From assembly GCA_963817915.1 (NCBI GenBank), contig CAWFQL010000003.1:104129-168128 (forward strand): 64,000 nucleotides of DNA, read 5' to 3'. Made by a program: the position numbers and the translations under genes. Source of the stretch: an uncultured candidate division Zixibacteria bacterium (lineage in GTDB: Bacteria; Zixibacteria; MSB-5A5; UBA10806). The notes beneath the pieces were generated by a model. The model was not told the origin of the DNA, made no database searches, and was given only the letters and a program-made list of their open reading frames with translations. Positions within the stretch are counted from its first letter, which is position 1, and each line of letters starts with the position of its first letter. This document shows, in pieces, positions 41,053-52,175 of this stretch.

Positions 41053-41943
41053 TCAGTCTTTTTGAGTTATATAGACTCCTAAAAGTATAACAATGCCGGC
41101 GGCGATACTTTCCAGGGTCAACCGTTCTTTGAGAATAAAATATGCCATCACTGCTGTAAATACTGGCTGCAGATTCATGAAAACGGCGGCTTTGGCAGGC
41201 TCGATATGTTTGATGATCCAATACCAAATCGTATAGGCGAAAACTGAAGTAATTATCGCCGTATAAGCGACACCGCCCCAGCCAATCATTGTGACATGAG
41301 AATAGTCGAATCTTAATGCCATAAATAGCCCAAGCGGCAGGAAAATGATTGTTCCCAATACCAGCGCCGACGCCGTGACTGTAATCGCCCCATGGCTTTT
41401 GGCAATCGGTCTTCCCAAAACAGTATAGGCTGCCCAGGCCCAAACCGCGATCATCATTAAGGAATCGCCAATAATATATCCGGATTGCATTTTGATGCCC
41501 TTTTCGAGGAAGAAGGCCAAAACCCCTATCATAGCTACAAAAATGCCCCAGGATTTCTTTTTGGTAAACGATTCCTCTTTTTTGAATACTGATATCAGAT
41601 AAACCCAAATAGGGGTAGTTGCATAGAGCAAGGCCGCATGAGTCGGTGATGTGTACAAAAGCCCGACTAGAAAAAAGCCTTGATTGATGGGTATCGCCAG
41701 TATCGAAAGCAGGATGACAAGCGGCCATTCCGATTTTCCATAAGGGAAATATCGTTTTCGGAATACCATCGCCGCGAAAAGTATCACTGAGGCCAGCATG
41801 AAACGATAAAATCCAAAAACTAAGGGAGCGAGTTCGTAAATCGCTCCCTTGGCAAAGATATATGTTCCTGCCGAAACTAATGATTGAATTACCAGCGCAT
41901 AATAAACCGCTGATTTAACTGCAGGTTTGGAATTTGAATCCAT
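41053..41943 (-). CDS. EamA/DMT family transporter
   Basis: About 10 TM segments in two repeats; ATTPIW and FMNLQPVF...ILKERL. Confidence 0.9.
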   Translation of the reverse strand: MDSNSKPAVKSAVYYALVIQSLVSAGTYIFAKGAIYELAPLVFGFYRFMLASVILFAAMVFRKRYFPYGKSEWPLVILLSILAIPINQGFFLVGLLYTSPTHAALLYATTPIWVYLISVFKKEESFTKKKSWGIFVAMIGVLAFFLEKGIKMQSGYIIGDSLMMIAVWAWAAYTVLGRPIAKSHGAITVTASALVLGTIIFLPLGLFMALRFDYSHVTMIGWGGVAYTAIITSVFAYTIWYWIIKHIEPAKAAVFMNLQPVFTAVMAYFILKERLTLESIAAGIVILLGVYITQKD

Positions 41944-41961
41944 TACTAATCTGACATATCG

Positions 41962-42399
41962 TTATTTCAGGATACAAGCTTTCTCTGTAATTTTATCGCC
42001 ATTGGAATCCAATATATCCACTCTCCAGGCTCCGGCGCTGTTTTCGTAGATAGTCTTAGAGCTCCAAACACGGTTGCGCGGATACTTGATCGGAAGCTCT
42101 ACACGGCCCATCTCGTTGTCATTAAAATACCAGACATGAGTAATCGTAGTAGCCTCGCCAGTATTGGCGATATCGCTCCAACAATATAGTTTGCCTACGG
42201 ATGGTGCGAATTCGGAAGCCTCGCCTACCGGATCGCGATTTTCGACACCGGTACAGAAGGCAATCTTGGTAGCGCTGATTGTCTGGCCGGGCTTTTCAGT
42301 CGCCGCTGCTTTCTGGGTCGTATCGGGTGTCGATGGTGTTTGAGCCATCGCAGGAATTGTGACCAGAGTGATAATTATGAATAGACATACGAATTTCAT
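41962..42399 (-). CDS. DUF2914 domain secreted protein
   Basis: Signal peptide; GVENRDPVG, ITHVWY, RVWSSK, GAWRVDI; AAGGAGG RBS. Confidence 0.8.
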   Translation of the reverse strand: MKFVCLFIIITLVTIPAMAQTPSTPDTTQKAAATEKPGQTISATKIAFCTGVENRDPVGEASEFAPSVGKLYCWSDIANTGEATTITHVWYFNDNEMGRVELPIKYPRNRVWSSKTIYENSAGAWRVDILDSNGDKITEKACILK

Positions 42400-42471
42400 T
42401 TGCTCCTCCTTCGATCCTGGGGTTAGCCCCCGCAAAATATAAGGGGTTTTCGATTTATCAAGAAAGACTTA

Positions 42472-43785
42472 CTATTTTTCTGCGCTGTTATCGTTGTCAA
42501 GTCTGGAAAATTCGATCCCTTCGCTTTTCAGTTTTCCCAACCGTGAGGACGGTAAACGAATTTTCATTTTCATGTAACCATTTTCGGCATTACTATCGAG
42601 CACTTGACCCGCGGCGTTAACAATTCCGAACTTTTTGCTATCGCCAATCTCGATATTAACAAGAATAGTCGATTTGGAATACTCGAGGTATCGTTCTATT
42701 TCAGCACGAGCCCTATTGATACCCTCGCCGCTGGCGGCGGAGATAAACCTTGCTCCGGGATAACGAACCAGAAGCTGACGGAATAGATCGGGATCATTTC
42801 GCTGATCAATTTTATTGAATATTGGAAGAATATTTATATGCGCGCAGTCGAGCTCTTGGAGGATGCCATTGACTGTAGCCATCTTGTTTTCGAAATCATC
42901 ATCGGAAATATCGATGACATGCAGGAGCAGGTCGGCCTCCGATGCCTCGAGCAGGGTCGACTTAAAAGACGCGACGAGGGAAACCGGCAGCTTTCTGATA
43001 AAGCCGACGGTATCCGATAATAGTATTTCATTCTTGCCGGAAAGTTTTACGCGGCGAGTAGTGGAATCGAGAGTGGCGAAAAGATAATTTTCGGCAATGA
43101 CTTTTTCTCCGGTCAAAAGATTGAAAATGGTTGATTTGCCGGCGTTGGTGTAGCCGACCAGACAGACATTGAAAAGATCGGATCGTCGTTTGCGCTGGAT
43201 ATGCCGTTCTCCCTCGATTTCGATTAGCTTCTTTTTAAGGTCGGTAATTCTTTTTCTAACCAGCCGCCTGTCGGTTTCAAGCTGGGTTTCGCCGGGTCCT
43301 CTTGTGCCGATAGCGCCTTCCTGCCGTTCAAGGTGGGTCCACCCGCCTGCCAGACGAGGCAGTATATATTGCATTTGAGCCAATTCCACCTGAGCCTGGG
43401 CCTCATGGCTTTTGGCGTGAATAGCGAAAATATCGAGGATCAGTCCGGGACGATCGATGACTTGTTTGCCGAGACGTTTCTCGAGATTGACCTGCTGCGA
43501 TGGCGAAAGTGTAGTGTCGAATACAATTATATCGGCTTTTCTCTCGCTGGCCATATCCGCAAGCTCATCGACCTTGCCCTTACCGAGCAACGATGATGGA
43601 TTGAAATGATCAAGCGATTGTGTCAGTCTCCCGACAACTTTCGCGCCCGCGGTTCGGCAAAGGCTGGCGAGTTCGTCAAGAAGCCCCTCAATCTGGACTT
43701 CGGATTCCTTTTTGAGAAAGGCACCAACAACAATAGCGCGCTGCTTGATTTTCTTTTTTGAGGTTTCGTATAGGAATGATTTCAA
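42472..43785 (-). CDS. hflX: Ribosome-splitting GTPase HflX
   Basis: GTRGPGETQLE.DRR, VGYTNAGKST, LFATLD, DTVGFI, NKID. Confidence 0.96.
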   Translation of the reverse strand: MKSFLYETSKKKIKQRAIVVGAFLKKESEVQIEGLLDELASLCRTAGAKVVGRLTQSLDHFNPSSLLGKGKVDELADMASERKADIIVFDTTLSPSQQVNLEKRLGKQVIDRPGLILDIFAIHAKSHEAQAQVELAQMQYILPRLAGGWTHLERQEGAIGTRGPGETQLETDRRLVRKRITDLKKKLIEIEGERHIQRKRRSDLFNVCLVGYTNAGKSTIFNLLTGEKVIAENYLFATLDSTTRRVKLSGKNEILLSDTVGFIRKLPVSLVASFKSTLLEASEADLLLHVIDISDDDFENKMATVNGILQELDCAHINILPIFNKIDQRNDPDLFRQLLVRYPGARFISAASGEGINRARAEIERYLEYSKSTILVNIEIGDSKKFGIVNAAGQVLDSNAENGYMKMKIRLPSSRLGKLKSEGIEFSRLDNDNSAEK

Positions 43786-44042
43786 TCTTTAGTTCGTTCC
43801 TCCAATAGCGTGATAATAGACGCGGCATTCTTTTTCGGCATATTTTTGGGCGGCAGTGAAACTACTTGAATCTTTTTGTAAAATCTGGGGGTGTCTATTT
43901 CGATAATTGCGCCGACATGTACTTCTTTTGCTGGTTTGGCAACGAGATTGTCGACAAACACCATCGAGGATGAAATCGCCTCTGCTCCCAGCGATCTGCT
44001 GGGAAAAATTCTGGCGGCGAAAAGAAATTTATCGAGACGCAT
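43782..44042 (-). CDS. S4-domain RNA-binding protein, RqcP(YabO)/Hsp15-like
   Basis: MRLDKFL..AR....RS; 86 aa, lacking the long C-terminal extension of Hsp15. Confidence 0.85.
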   Translation of the reverse strand: MRLDKFLFAARIFPSRSLGAEAISSSMVFVDNLVAKPAKEVHVGAIIEIDTPRFYKKIQVVSLPPKNMPKKNAASIITLLEERTKD

Positions 44043-45337
44043 TACATCCTCTTATCGATATAAATCTCCGCCGACGCCTTTTTGAGCAATTCCTGAATTT
44101 GCTTCTGTGTTTTATCTCTTTTTGCCATTTCTTCAAGAGTTTTATAATCTTCTTTTATATCAAGCGCACTTGCAGATCGTTTCTCTTCCAATTTTACTAT
44201 ATGGTATCCAAAGTCGCTCAAAACCGGCCTGGAGGTCTGGCCTACATCAAGCCCGGTCAGCGCCTCGGTAAACGCGGGCAGGAGATCATCAGCTGCATAC
44301 CAGCCAAGCTCTCCGCCGTCTTTGGCCGTATTTTCATCCTGGGAATATTGTTTGGCCAATTCCGAAAAATCGGCGCCATTTTGAATCAGGCTGGATAGAC
44401 TATCCGCAAGCGCCATTTTTTTCTTTAAATCTTCATCTGAAGGCGTGAGTCGAATCAGAATATGGCTGGCCTTAACTTTGTCGCCCTTTCGTCCGTCGCA
44501 CTTGATAATATGAAATCCGAATTGAGTTTCTATGACGTCGGAAATCTGGCCGGGCTGCATAGAGAACGCGGCATTTTCGAATTCAGCAACCATCTCGCCG
44601 CGCGAAAACCACCCTATATCGCCACCCGAAGACGCGCTCGGGTCCTGGGAAAAATTCTTGGCCAGCAGCCCGAAATCTTCGCCGGCTCGGGCTTTGTCTC
44701 TTATCATTACTGCATATTGATACAGGGAATCTCGGGTCGATTTACCGGCGGAAGTGCTTATCAATATATGGGCAAGCCTGACACCTGCGGGCTTTTGGGG
44801 TAGAGAATCTCTATTGGCTTCGTAAAATCTGATTACTTCTCCGGATGAAACTTTGCTCTTGGCAAGCTTCTGCTGGAGCAATTTCTCCTTCATCAGCTGG
44901 TTTTTGACTTCACTTCGATATTGATCGCGCAACTCCTTAAGGGTCAATCCTTCCGCTCGAAGCTGGCTGACAAAGGCCTCCTCGGTTGGAAATTGAGCCT
45001 TAATTCGTTCGATTTGGGCTGTCAGCGCGGTTTCGACATCTTTATTGGTGACATTGATTGTAGTGTCTCGTTCTGCTTCGACGAGCAAAATCTTATCCTC
45101 AATCATTCTGTCCAGCAGAGTTCTCTTCAAACTGTCCGCGAAAGCGGAATCGGATATTTGTATTTTATTTTGCAGGGCTACAAGCTGCAATTGCGCATCG
45201 AGCTCGGAATTGAGGATAATGTATTTATCCACAACCGCGGCAATTCCATCGATTTTTTCGCCTCTGGCATTCGGCGAGAAAAGTAAACATAGAAGGAGAG
45301 CGCTAAACCATCTCATTTTGGTAGTTCCTGATTTCAT
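44042..45337 (-). CDS. surA: SurA-like chaperone with two parvulin domains
   Basis: IDGIAAVVD..IIL.SE N-domain; two HILI...S.D...GG.(I/L)GW...FG(F/Y)HI repeats. Confidence 0.88.
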   Translation of the reverse strand: MKSGTTKMRWFSALLLCLLFSPNARGEKIDGIAAVVDKYIILNSELDAQLQLVALQNKIQISDSAFADSLKRTLLDRMIEDKILLVEAERDTTINVTNKDVETALTAQIERIKAQFPTEEAFVSQLRAEGLTLKELRDQYRSEVKNQLMKEKLLQQKLAKSKVSSGEVIRFYEANRDSLPQKPAGVRLAHILISTSAGKSTRDSLYQYAVMIRDKARAGEDFGLLAKNFSQDPSASSGGDIGWFSRGEMVAEFENAAFSMQPGQISDVIETQFGFHIIKCDGRKGDKVKASHILIRLTPSDEDLKKKMALADSLSSLIQNGADFSELAKQYSQDENTAKDGGELGWYAADDLLPAFTEALTGLDVGQTSRPVLSDFGYHIVKLEEKRSASALDIKEDYKTLEEMAKRDKTQKQIQELLKKASAEIYIDKRM

Positions 45338-46194
45338 TGGGCGGTTGGCGCGCTGCCAGGCAGTGGAGGACGTTCGATCTTGGCCTTGGATTTCAAGTCC
45401 GCAATAACGCTATCGAGATACGCGGCTCGTTTTTCTTTCGTCAGGCTGTCTGCCAATGTTTGCTTTACCTCGAGCGAATCCATAGGAGCACCAGCCGCCT
45501 GGCGATCCGTGAGCTTCAGGAGATGATAACCGTATTGCGATTTAAATGGTTTTGAATATTCGCCGATCTTCAAATTCGTAAGCGCATCGGCAAAAATCGG
45601 TATTTGATCTAGAGTGAAATATCCGATATCGCCGCCAACTTCCGCGCTTCTTCTGTCTTTGGACAAATCCATAGCCAATTTTCCGAAATCGTCGCCTTTC
45701 TTGAGGCGATTATATATCGCATTGGCATCGGTCTCAGATTCAACCATTATATGGCTTGCCCTGAATCGTTCTTTATCCAGTCGAAATGAATTCTTTTGTA
45801 TCGCGTAAACAGAATCGACAGTCGCCGGAGTGACATTTATTTTGTTTATGACTTCGCTATTTACAAATTTGCTTGCGACTGCTTCGCTGGTACTGAATTT
45901 TATCGCGGCCTGGACTTCAGGGTCTTTGTCTAACCCAAGTTCGACACCTTTTTCATAGAGAAGCTGTGTGCTTATCCAGGTATCGATCATTTTGGGGAGA
46001 TTTTCGCCGAGAACCTGATCCCTGCTTTCCGGAGGAAACTGCGAGAGCAGGTCTTCCATGGTCAACGTATGATTATTGACTTTCGCAAGAACGGTACCTG
46101 TCGTTTGCCCTGGCGTTGTATCGGTTTTTTCGCCCTTGGAACAGGAAACAAATATTACCATCATCGAAATTAAAATTGTCACTAAGAGCTTCAT
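45334..46194 (-). CDS. Parvulin-type peptidyl-prolyl isomerase lipoprotein
   Basis: Lipobox FVSC; ASHIMV, GGDIGYF, YGYHLLK. Confidence 0.88.
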   Translation of the reverse strand: MKLLVTILISMMVIFVSCSKGEKTDTTPGQTTGTVLAKVNNHTLTMEDLLSQFPPESRDQVLGENLPKMIDTWISTQLLYEKGVELGLDKDPEVQAAIKFSTSEAVASKFVNSEVINKINVTPATVDSVYAIQKNSFRLDKERFRASHIMVESETDANAIYNRLKKGDDFGKLAMDLSKDRRSAEVGGDIGYFTLDQIPIFADALTNLKIGEYSKPFKSQYGYHLLKLTDRQAAGAPMDSLEVKQTLADSLTKEKRAAYLDSVIADLKSKAKIERPPLPGSAPTAQ

Positions 46195-46205
46195 TTTTTC
46201 TCCTA

Positions 46206-47925
46206 TTATTTACCATTTTTTGTCGTGTCAGGAATCGATGTCGTAATTAGATTGTTCTTAATCAAATCTAAGTCCATTGTATAGTTATTTTCAGCCCTTC
46301 GGGATTCCAGCCATTTCGTCGGAGCTTCATTGTATCGCTGGCCCTTTACCCTATTAATTACCTCAGGGCGCGCGAGATCAAACGTCTTTAGTTTTTCAGG
46401 AGTATAATCCAACATTCTAAAAACCCAGAATGTACCTTTGATATTGACCGGACCGCCAAGTTCTCCTTTTTTCATTTTCTGGCATTCATTGAAAATCTCG
46501 GGGTATTGATTAAAAGTAAAATAACCGAGGTCTCCACCGCTCGAATTAGTGGAAGGGTCGATCGAATACTTTCGAGCGAGCTCCGAGAAGGAGCCGCCAT
46601 CCTTTAATTTTTTCAGTATATCGTTTGCCTCAGCCTGTGTTTTCAATGCTATTCCAACAGCTTTAGCCTTGGCCATCAACATGAAATCTTTTCGGTGTTC
46701 GTTGAAATATTTTTCAATATCGGCATCGGTGATTTGCCCCATCTCGCCAATTAACTTTTCGCGCATTTTTTGGGCCAATTGAGATCCGGTCGAATTCTGA
46801 ATAGAGGCTATAAAGCCTTCACGTTTTTCCATGCCCTCATCTTTGGCGCATCTTTCCAGAAGCGGCGGCATCACCAGACGCTGCAATATCCTATCGACTG
46901 AACCGAGAAACCTGAGATCGGCGCTGGAATTTCCCTGGAATTGTTTGAGCTGCATCAAAAATGACTTCAGATCTACCTCGCCCCCATCGTATGTAGCAAT
47001 CGGCAATAACAATTCATTTTCTTTAAATAATTCAGGTTTCAGATACGCCGCCGAAGGCAGTATTTTTCTGCGGAATTTCGGCGGATTTTGCCGAATCAGC
47101 TCTATTGTTAACAAGATCAAGAGTAGATTGAACAATTTTGTAATGGTATCTGGATTTGACCTCATCCAGGAATTCGATATTGCGAACCCTAACTTTATAC
47201 AATCTAACTGCATCGAGATACTTGCTTTTGGCATTTTCATAATCGGTAATCGTATTTTGACTGCGCCCGTTTAACCTGACGATATGCCATCCATAAAAAG
47301 TATGGATGGGCTTTGAAATTTCTCCCGGCTTCATTTCGTACGCCGCATCTTCAATTTTATCATCAAATTTTCCGCGAGTGGCCGTTCCGAGATTTCCGCC
47401 ATTCGCTGCCGTGACAGGATCGGTCGAAAATTTTTTGGCAAGGTCCTCAAAATTCGCGCCGGCCTTGATTGCGGTATAAAGGCTTTCGGCCAGGTTGGCA
47501 TCCGCCACCAGGATATGGCTGGCGTCATACTGCCCGCCGTATTTATCGAAAAACCATTTGGCGTCTTTTTCGGTAACATTGACTTTATCAACTATTTCAA
47601 AATTATATAATTCCTGCACAAGCGATCGTTTATAAAAAACGCTATCGACTTCAACAGTAAGGCCGTTCTGCTTCGCGCCTTCTTCGAGAAGGAACCTATC
47701 GCGCATCTGCTCTACAAATCCTTTTTTTCTTTCAAATTCATCTTGTGGGGAACGGAATTGAACTCCGTCAAGTTTTTTCTCGATATCTCCCAGAGTTAAT
47801 TTTTCATCGCCGACCTGAAGGACTATGCGGCTGTCTTTAAGCCGCGGATTTTCTTTGGGCGCATTGGAGCATCCGATATAAATCAGAGCGATTAAAGCGA
47901 ACAGCGAAAGAATCATTCGTTTCAT
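46206..47925 (-). CDS. Two-parvulin-domain PPIase lipoprotein (apparent +1 frameshift near 47065)
   Basis: Lipobox YIGC; ASHILV...GGNLG...YGWHIV, second domain GGDLGYF; removing one A from an A5 run joins the two ORFs. Confidence 0.85.
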
Positions 47926-47989
47926 GATATAATGCCTCAATGGTTTTTCGGATTTAGTCTGTTTTTGTTCCACAGCCTTCGAATTTAAT

Positions 47990-50900
47990 TTAATCCGATA
48001 ATGACTGCAAGGTCTTTTTAAGCCGTTCACTGCTATCATTATCGAGTTTCATATATAGTTTCAAGGCATCGGAGGATTTAAACTCCATTTTGCCGTTTAT
48101 CCTCTTACGCCACCCTTCAATTTCGGTTTTGGTGAACGTCCGATTTTTGCGGAATTCAATGAATAACTCGCCTCTTTTGAATATCAGCTTTTCGGCGCCT
48201 AATTTATAGGCGAGGATACGAGCGTGTGCCAGATTTAGGAGATTTTCGACGGCTGTAGGGAATTGCCCGAAACGATCCTGCAGTTCGTCGGACAGCGATT
48301 TGACTTTTGCTGGGTCATTGATGTCGGAAAGGTCTCTATATATTTCTACCCTGAGATTGGGATCATCGATATATGATTCCGGAATAAATAGATCGAGATC
48401 GGTTTGGATTTTAAGATCGATCCGTTCGCTGACAGGGCCTTTCTGGCGGATTTCTGCGACCGCCTCTTCCAACAAACGGCAATACAAATCAAACCCAACT
48501 TCTTCGATAAATCCGTGCTGCTGCGCGCCGAGAATATTGCCCGCGCCGCGAATTTCGAGGTCTCTCATTGCCAGATGAAATCCGGAACCTAATTCGGTGA
48601 ATTCCTCGATAGCCCGAAGCCGTTTGCGCGCTTTTTCAGTCAATGATTTCAACGGTGGAACCAGCAGAAACGCGGAGGCACGGCGACTGGATCGTCCGAC
48701 TCGTCCCCTGAGCTGATAGAGTTGCGCAAGGCCAAGTTTGTCGGCTCGGTTTACGATTATAGTATTCACAGATGGTATATCCAGACCGGATTCAATGATA
48801 GTGGTGGCCAGGAGAACCTGGAATTTCTTGTGATAAAAACCCATCATTACCTTTTCGAGATGATGCTCCGGCATCTGGCCATGACCTACGCCGATCTCGA
48901 TGGCGGGCAGGAGCCGTTTCAGGTAACGATAAATGGCATCGATGGATTCCACCCGATTATGCACAAAGAAAACCTGCCCTTCTCTGGCAAGCTCCCGTTC
49001 AATCGCTTCTTTGATTATTCTATCAGAGAATAAAGCAACTTCAGTGGATATTGGCAATCGATCCTTGGGGGGGGTATTGATAATCGACATATCTCTCGCG
49101 CCAAGCAGGGAAAGCTGCAATGTCCGAGGTATGGGTGTCGCGGTCAATGTCAGAGTGTCGATTTGCGATTTGAGATGGCGGATTCTCTCTTTATGAGTGA
49201 CGCCAAACCTGTGTTCCTCATCGATAACCAATAGGCCGAGGTCTTTGAATTCTAAATCTTTTTGAAGGAGCTTATGCGTACCAATTACTATATCGATAGT
49301 TCCATTTTTCAAGCCTTCTTTGACTTGTTTAGCCTCTAATGGAGAGCGGAATCTGGATAGAAGTTCGATTTTAACCGGGAATTGTGCCATCCGTTCGCGG
49401 AAGGTATTCAGATGCTGTTGCGCCAGGATTGTGGTTGGAACAAGCACTGCTACTTGCTTTGATGAATCGACCGCCTTGAATGCCGCCCTGATAGCGACTT
49501 CGGTCTTACCGTAGCCGACATCGCCGCAAATCAGGCGATCCATGGGGGTGCTTTTCTGCATATCGCTCTTGATATCATCGATTGCTTTCTGCTGGTCGGG
49601 AGTCTCCTCGAACGGGAATGACGCTTCTAATTCACGGAGCCATTGAGAATCAGGATTAAAAGCGAATCCCGGCAGGGCCTGTCTTTTGGCATAAAGCGCG
49701 ATAAGCTCCTCGGCCATATCCATGATGGCCTTCTTGGCGCGAGCCTTAACTCGTTCCCAGGCGCCGGTTCCAAGATGGGATAATGTCGGCGCGCCTTCCT
49801 TGCCCGAGAATTTTTGAACACGCGAAAATTCCTCAATAGGTACATATAATTTGTCATTGTCCGCGTAGAAAATCAGAAGACAATCTCGTTTGCGGCCATC
49901 GACCATAATGGTTTCGAGCCCTTTATACTTGCCGATACCGTAATCTATATGAACCACATAATCGCCGGGCTGCAGGCTTTGATAGCTTGATAAGGCAATG
50001 CCCTCTTTGAAACGGCGCGTTTTCTTACGTATCGCAAAACGGGAAAAAATCTCGTGGTCAGTCAAAAACCAGATTGCCACGGAGGGTATTCCAAAACCGG
50101 ATGATATACGTTTGGGCTCCATCGGAAGCGATAAATCATATTCCGATAGTAATTCCGCCAGGCGGCGTTTTTGTGATTCACCATCGCAGAATATGATAGA
50201 AGTCTGTCCCCGCTGGTAGTACTCATTGAGTTTCTCGGCGAACATTTTTACATGAGAGCCGCATGGTTCCTGCGGGATTGTCGGTATTGATATGCCGGAT
50301 ACACCGTCTTTTATTAAGCCGGCTAATTCAATTTTGATTGTTTGGGTGATTTTGGCTTTGATTTTCTCGTAGCCGACATAAACCTTTTCAGGCTCGCCGA
50401 ATGGTGTGTCTTTTCTATCTTCATATCTTTCCGAGGCCTTCTCGAATGTTTGTTCGATTTCGCTCCAGATAAATCCGGGGTCATCGAGAATAATCAGGGT
50501 ATCCTTGGGTAGATGCTCCAGCAGACTGCAGTTACTACTTTCGAAAAGAGTGGAAAGGAATTCGAGGCCGTCGAATGTGCTATTCGGCCCGAGAGCCTGA
50601 TGAAGAGCGATGGCGTTATCCTGGGGCAATTCATTCGCGGCCAGATCGACAGTCTCCATGTCGATTAATATTTCGCGCAATGGCAGTATGACGGCGCCAT
50701 CCTGTTTTTCGAGCGATCTCTGGGATAGCACCGAAAATGTCCTGATCGAATCGATTTCATCGCCGAAAAACTCGATTCGCACAGGCTCCGAATGAGTGGC
50801 TGGGAATATATCTATAAGCCCACCCCTGACAGCAAAATCGCCCAATTGTTCGACAACCGGCCGTCGGGAATATCCCATTTTCACGAGCCGTTCGGCAAAA

Positions 50901-51355
50901 TCCGCGGGATCGATTTCCTGGCCTTCTTCGATTTCAATGGAAAGCTCGATTATTTTTATTGGGTTGATAGTCGGTTCAATCAATGAAACCGCCGGGGCGC
51001 AGATGATTGATTTTCGTTGACGGCTCAGATCATGGATTGTTTTCAATCTATCGCCGATATTTTCAGCGTGAGGCGCCCTTATTTCATACGGCTGAATCTC
51101 CCACGACGGAAAGAGTGAGACTTTGTCCTCATTTAGAAATGCCGCCATATCATCGTAAGCCTTTTCCGATGATTCCTGATCCGGCGAGACATATAAAATT
51201 GTCCGTTGTGTTTTGTGAAATATCCAGCTTGCCAGCAGAGTGCGCGAAGAGCCGACCAGGCCGGATATTGAAATAGCCTGTTCGCCATTGGAAATTTTAT
51301 CCAAAAGCGACCGGAAACCGGGGATATTTTCTAATACTCTGATTTTTTCTATCAT
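47990..51355 (-). CDS. mfd: Transcription-repair coupling factor
   Basis: RGGLIDIF, VVHIDYGIG, CGDVGYGKT, DEEHRFG, TATPIPRT, QLRGRVGRS, RDLEIRGAG. Confidence 0.97.
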   Translation of the reverse strand: MIEKIRVLENIPGFRSLLDKISNGEQAISISGLVGSSRTLLASWIFHKTQRTILYVSPDQESSEKAYDDMAAFLNEDKVSLFPSWEIQPYEIRAPHAENIGDRLKTIHDLSRQRKSIICAPAVSLIEPTINPIKIIELSIEIEEGQEIDPADFAERLVKMGYSRRPVVEQLGDFAVRGGLIDIFPATHSEPVRIEFFGDEIDSIRTFSVLSQRSLEKQDGAVILPLREILIDMETVDLAANELPQDNAIALHQALGPNSTFDGLEFLSTLFESSNCSLLEHLPKDTLIILDDPGFIWSEIEQTFEKASERYEDRKDTPFGEPEKVYVGYEKIKAKITQTIKIELAGLIKDGVSGISIPTIPQEPCGSHVKMFAEKLNEYYQRGQTSIIFCDGESQKRRLAELLSEYDLSLPMEPKRISSGFGIPSVAIWFLTDHEIFSRFAIRKKTRRFKEGIALSSYQSLQPGDYVVHIDYGIGKYKGLETIMVDGRKRDCLLIFYADNDKLYVPIEEFSRVQKFSGKEGAPTLSHLGTGAWERVKARAKKAIMDMAEELIALYAKRQALPGFAFNPDSQWLRELEASFPFEETPDQQKAIDDIKSDMQKSTPMDRLICGDVGYGKTEVAIRAAFKAVDSSKQVAVLVPTTILAQQHLNTFRERMAQFPVKIELLSRFRSPLEAKQVKEGLKNGTIDIVIGTHKLLQKDLEFKDLGLLVIDEEHRFGVTHKERIRHLKSQIDTLTLTATPIPRTLQLSLLGARDMSIINTPPKDRLPISTEVALFSDRIIKEAIERELAREGQVFFVHNRVESIDAIYRYLKRLLPAIEIGVGHGQMPEHHLEKVMMGFYHKKFQVLLATTIIESGLDIPSVNTIIVNRADKLGLAQLYQLRGRVGRSSRRASAFLLVPPLKSLTEKARKRLRAIEEFTELGSGFHLAMRDLEIRGAGNILGAQQHGFIEEVGFDLYCRLLEEAVAEIRQKGPVSERIDLKIQTDLDLFIPESYIDDPNLRVEIYRDLSDINDPAKVKSLSDELQDRFGQFPTAVENLLNLAHARILAYKLGAEKLIFKRGELFIEFRKNRTFTKTEIEGWRKRINGKMEFKSSDALKLYMKLDNDSSERLKKTLQSLSD

Positions 51356-51370
51356 ATTAATACAAACGTC

Positions 51371-51399
51371 AAAACCCCGATCTCAAAATGAGACGGGGT
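51371..51399 (-). terminator. Terminator closing the pdaD-methyltransferase-speB-methyltransferase block
   Basis: Minus strand ACCCCG-TCTCA-ttt-TGAGA-t-CGGGGT followed by TTT. Confidence 0.7.
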
Positions 51400-51434
51400 A
51401 TCAATGCACAAAATATCCTGCTGAATCTAAGCTC

Positions 51435-52173
51435 TTACTCCTCCTTTTGAGCGACCAGTATCATACGTGGGGCTGAAGCGCTGTATAATGCGCCATCGAA
51501 ATCGCCGTAAACATCGGTCAATACAAGTCCGGCCTTATTGAAAAGATCGAGCATTTCGGTCAAGGTGTAGAGCCTGATGGAATAATTGGCTTCTTTCATC
51601 TCGCCGGTCTGCAATATCAATTGGTTGGTAAGCTCGAGTCGAGAGCGGAAGAAATCGAAAAACCTGTCTTCCAGTAGATAGGCATGGTTTTCCCTTGTCC
51701 AGCGACGAGGCACCAGAGTTTGGATTGCGATATTCGCGATTGAGAACATCCATCAGGAATTGGCCGCCCGGTTTGAGGGCCTTGTGGACACCCTTCAATA
51801 CTTGCAGGTCTTCTTCTTCATGTTCGAAAAAGCCGAAGGCGGTGAACATATTAATAACGGCGTCGTATTCAGATTCGAATGGTATCTGGCGCATATCGCC
51901 CTGGATGAGGTCGATATTGACCTTCATGGTGTCGGCGACATCCTTGGCCCGTTTCAGGAAGCTTTCGGAGAGATCGTATCCGGTGACGACTAATCCTTTT
52001 TGAGCCAGCACAACCGAATGCCGTCCAAAGCCGCAGGCCAGATCGAGTATCTTTTTGCCTTTTTCGATTTGAAGCATCCTGATAACGGAATCAGCTTCTT
52101 TCGATGTTTGCCCTTCGTCATGTTTATAAAGTTTGAGATAGTCATCGTTAAAAAATTTACGCCACCATTCCAT
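51435..52173 (-). CDS. Class I SAM-dependent methyltransferase (apparent +1 frameshift near 51730)
   Basis: LDLACGFGRH, GYDLS, GDMR, NMFTAFG, LKPGG; C-terminal RLYT..E...AGL..VYGDF in ORF 51435..51749. Confidence 0.88.
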
Positions 52174-52175
52174 AT

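Noticed and set aside
40880..41728. 282-aa alternative-frame ORF and the many other shadow ORFs in the track
   Set aside because: They overlap well-supported genes in another frame or strand, or run through repeats, and show no recognisable motifs.
45225..45233. Perfect DnaA box TTATCCACA, suggesting oriC near the gyrase genes
   Set aside because: Single copy inside surA; I saw no cluster of boxes in any intergenic region and no dnaA.
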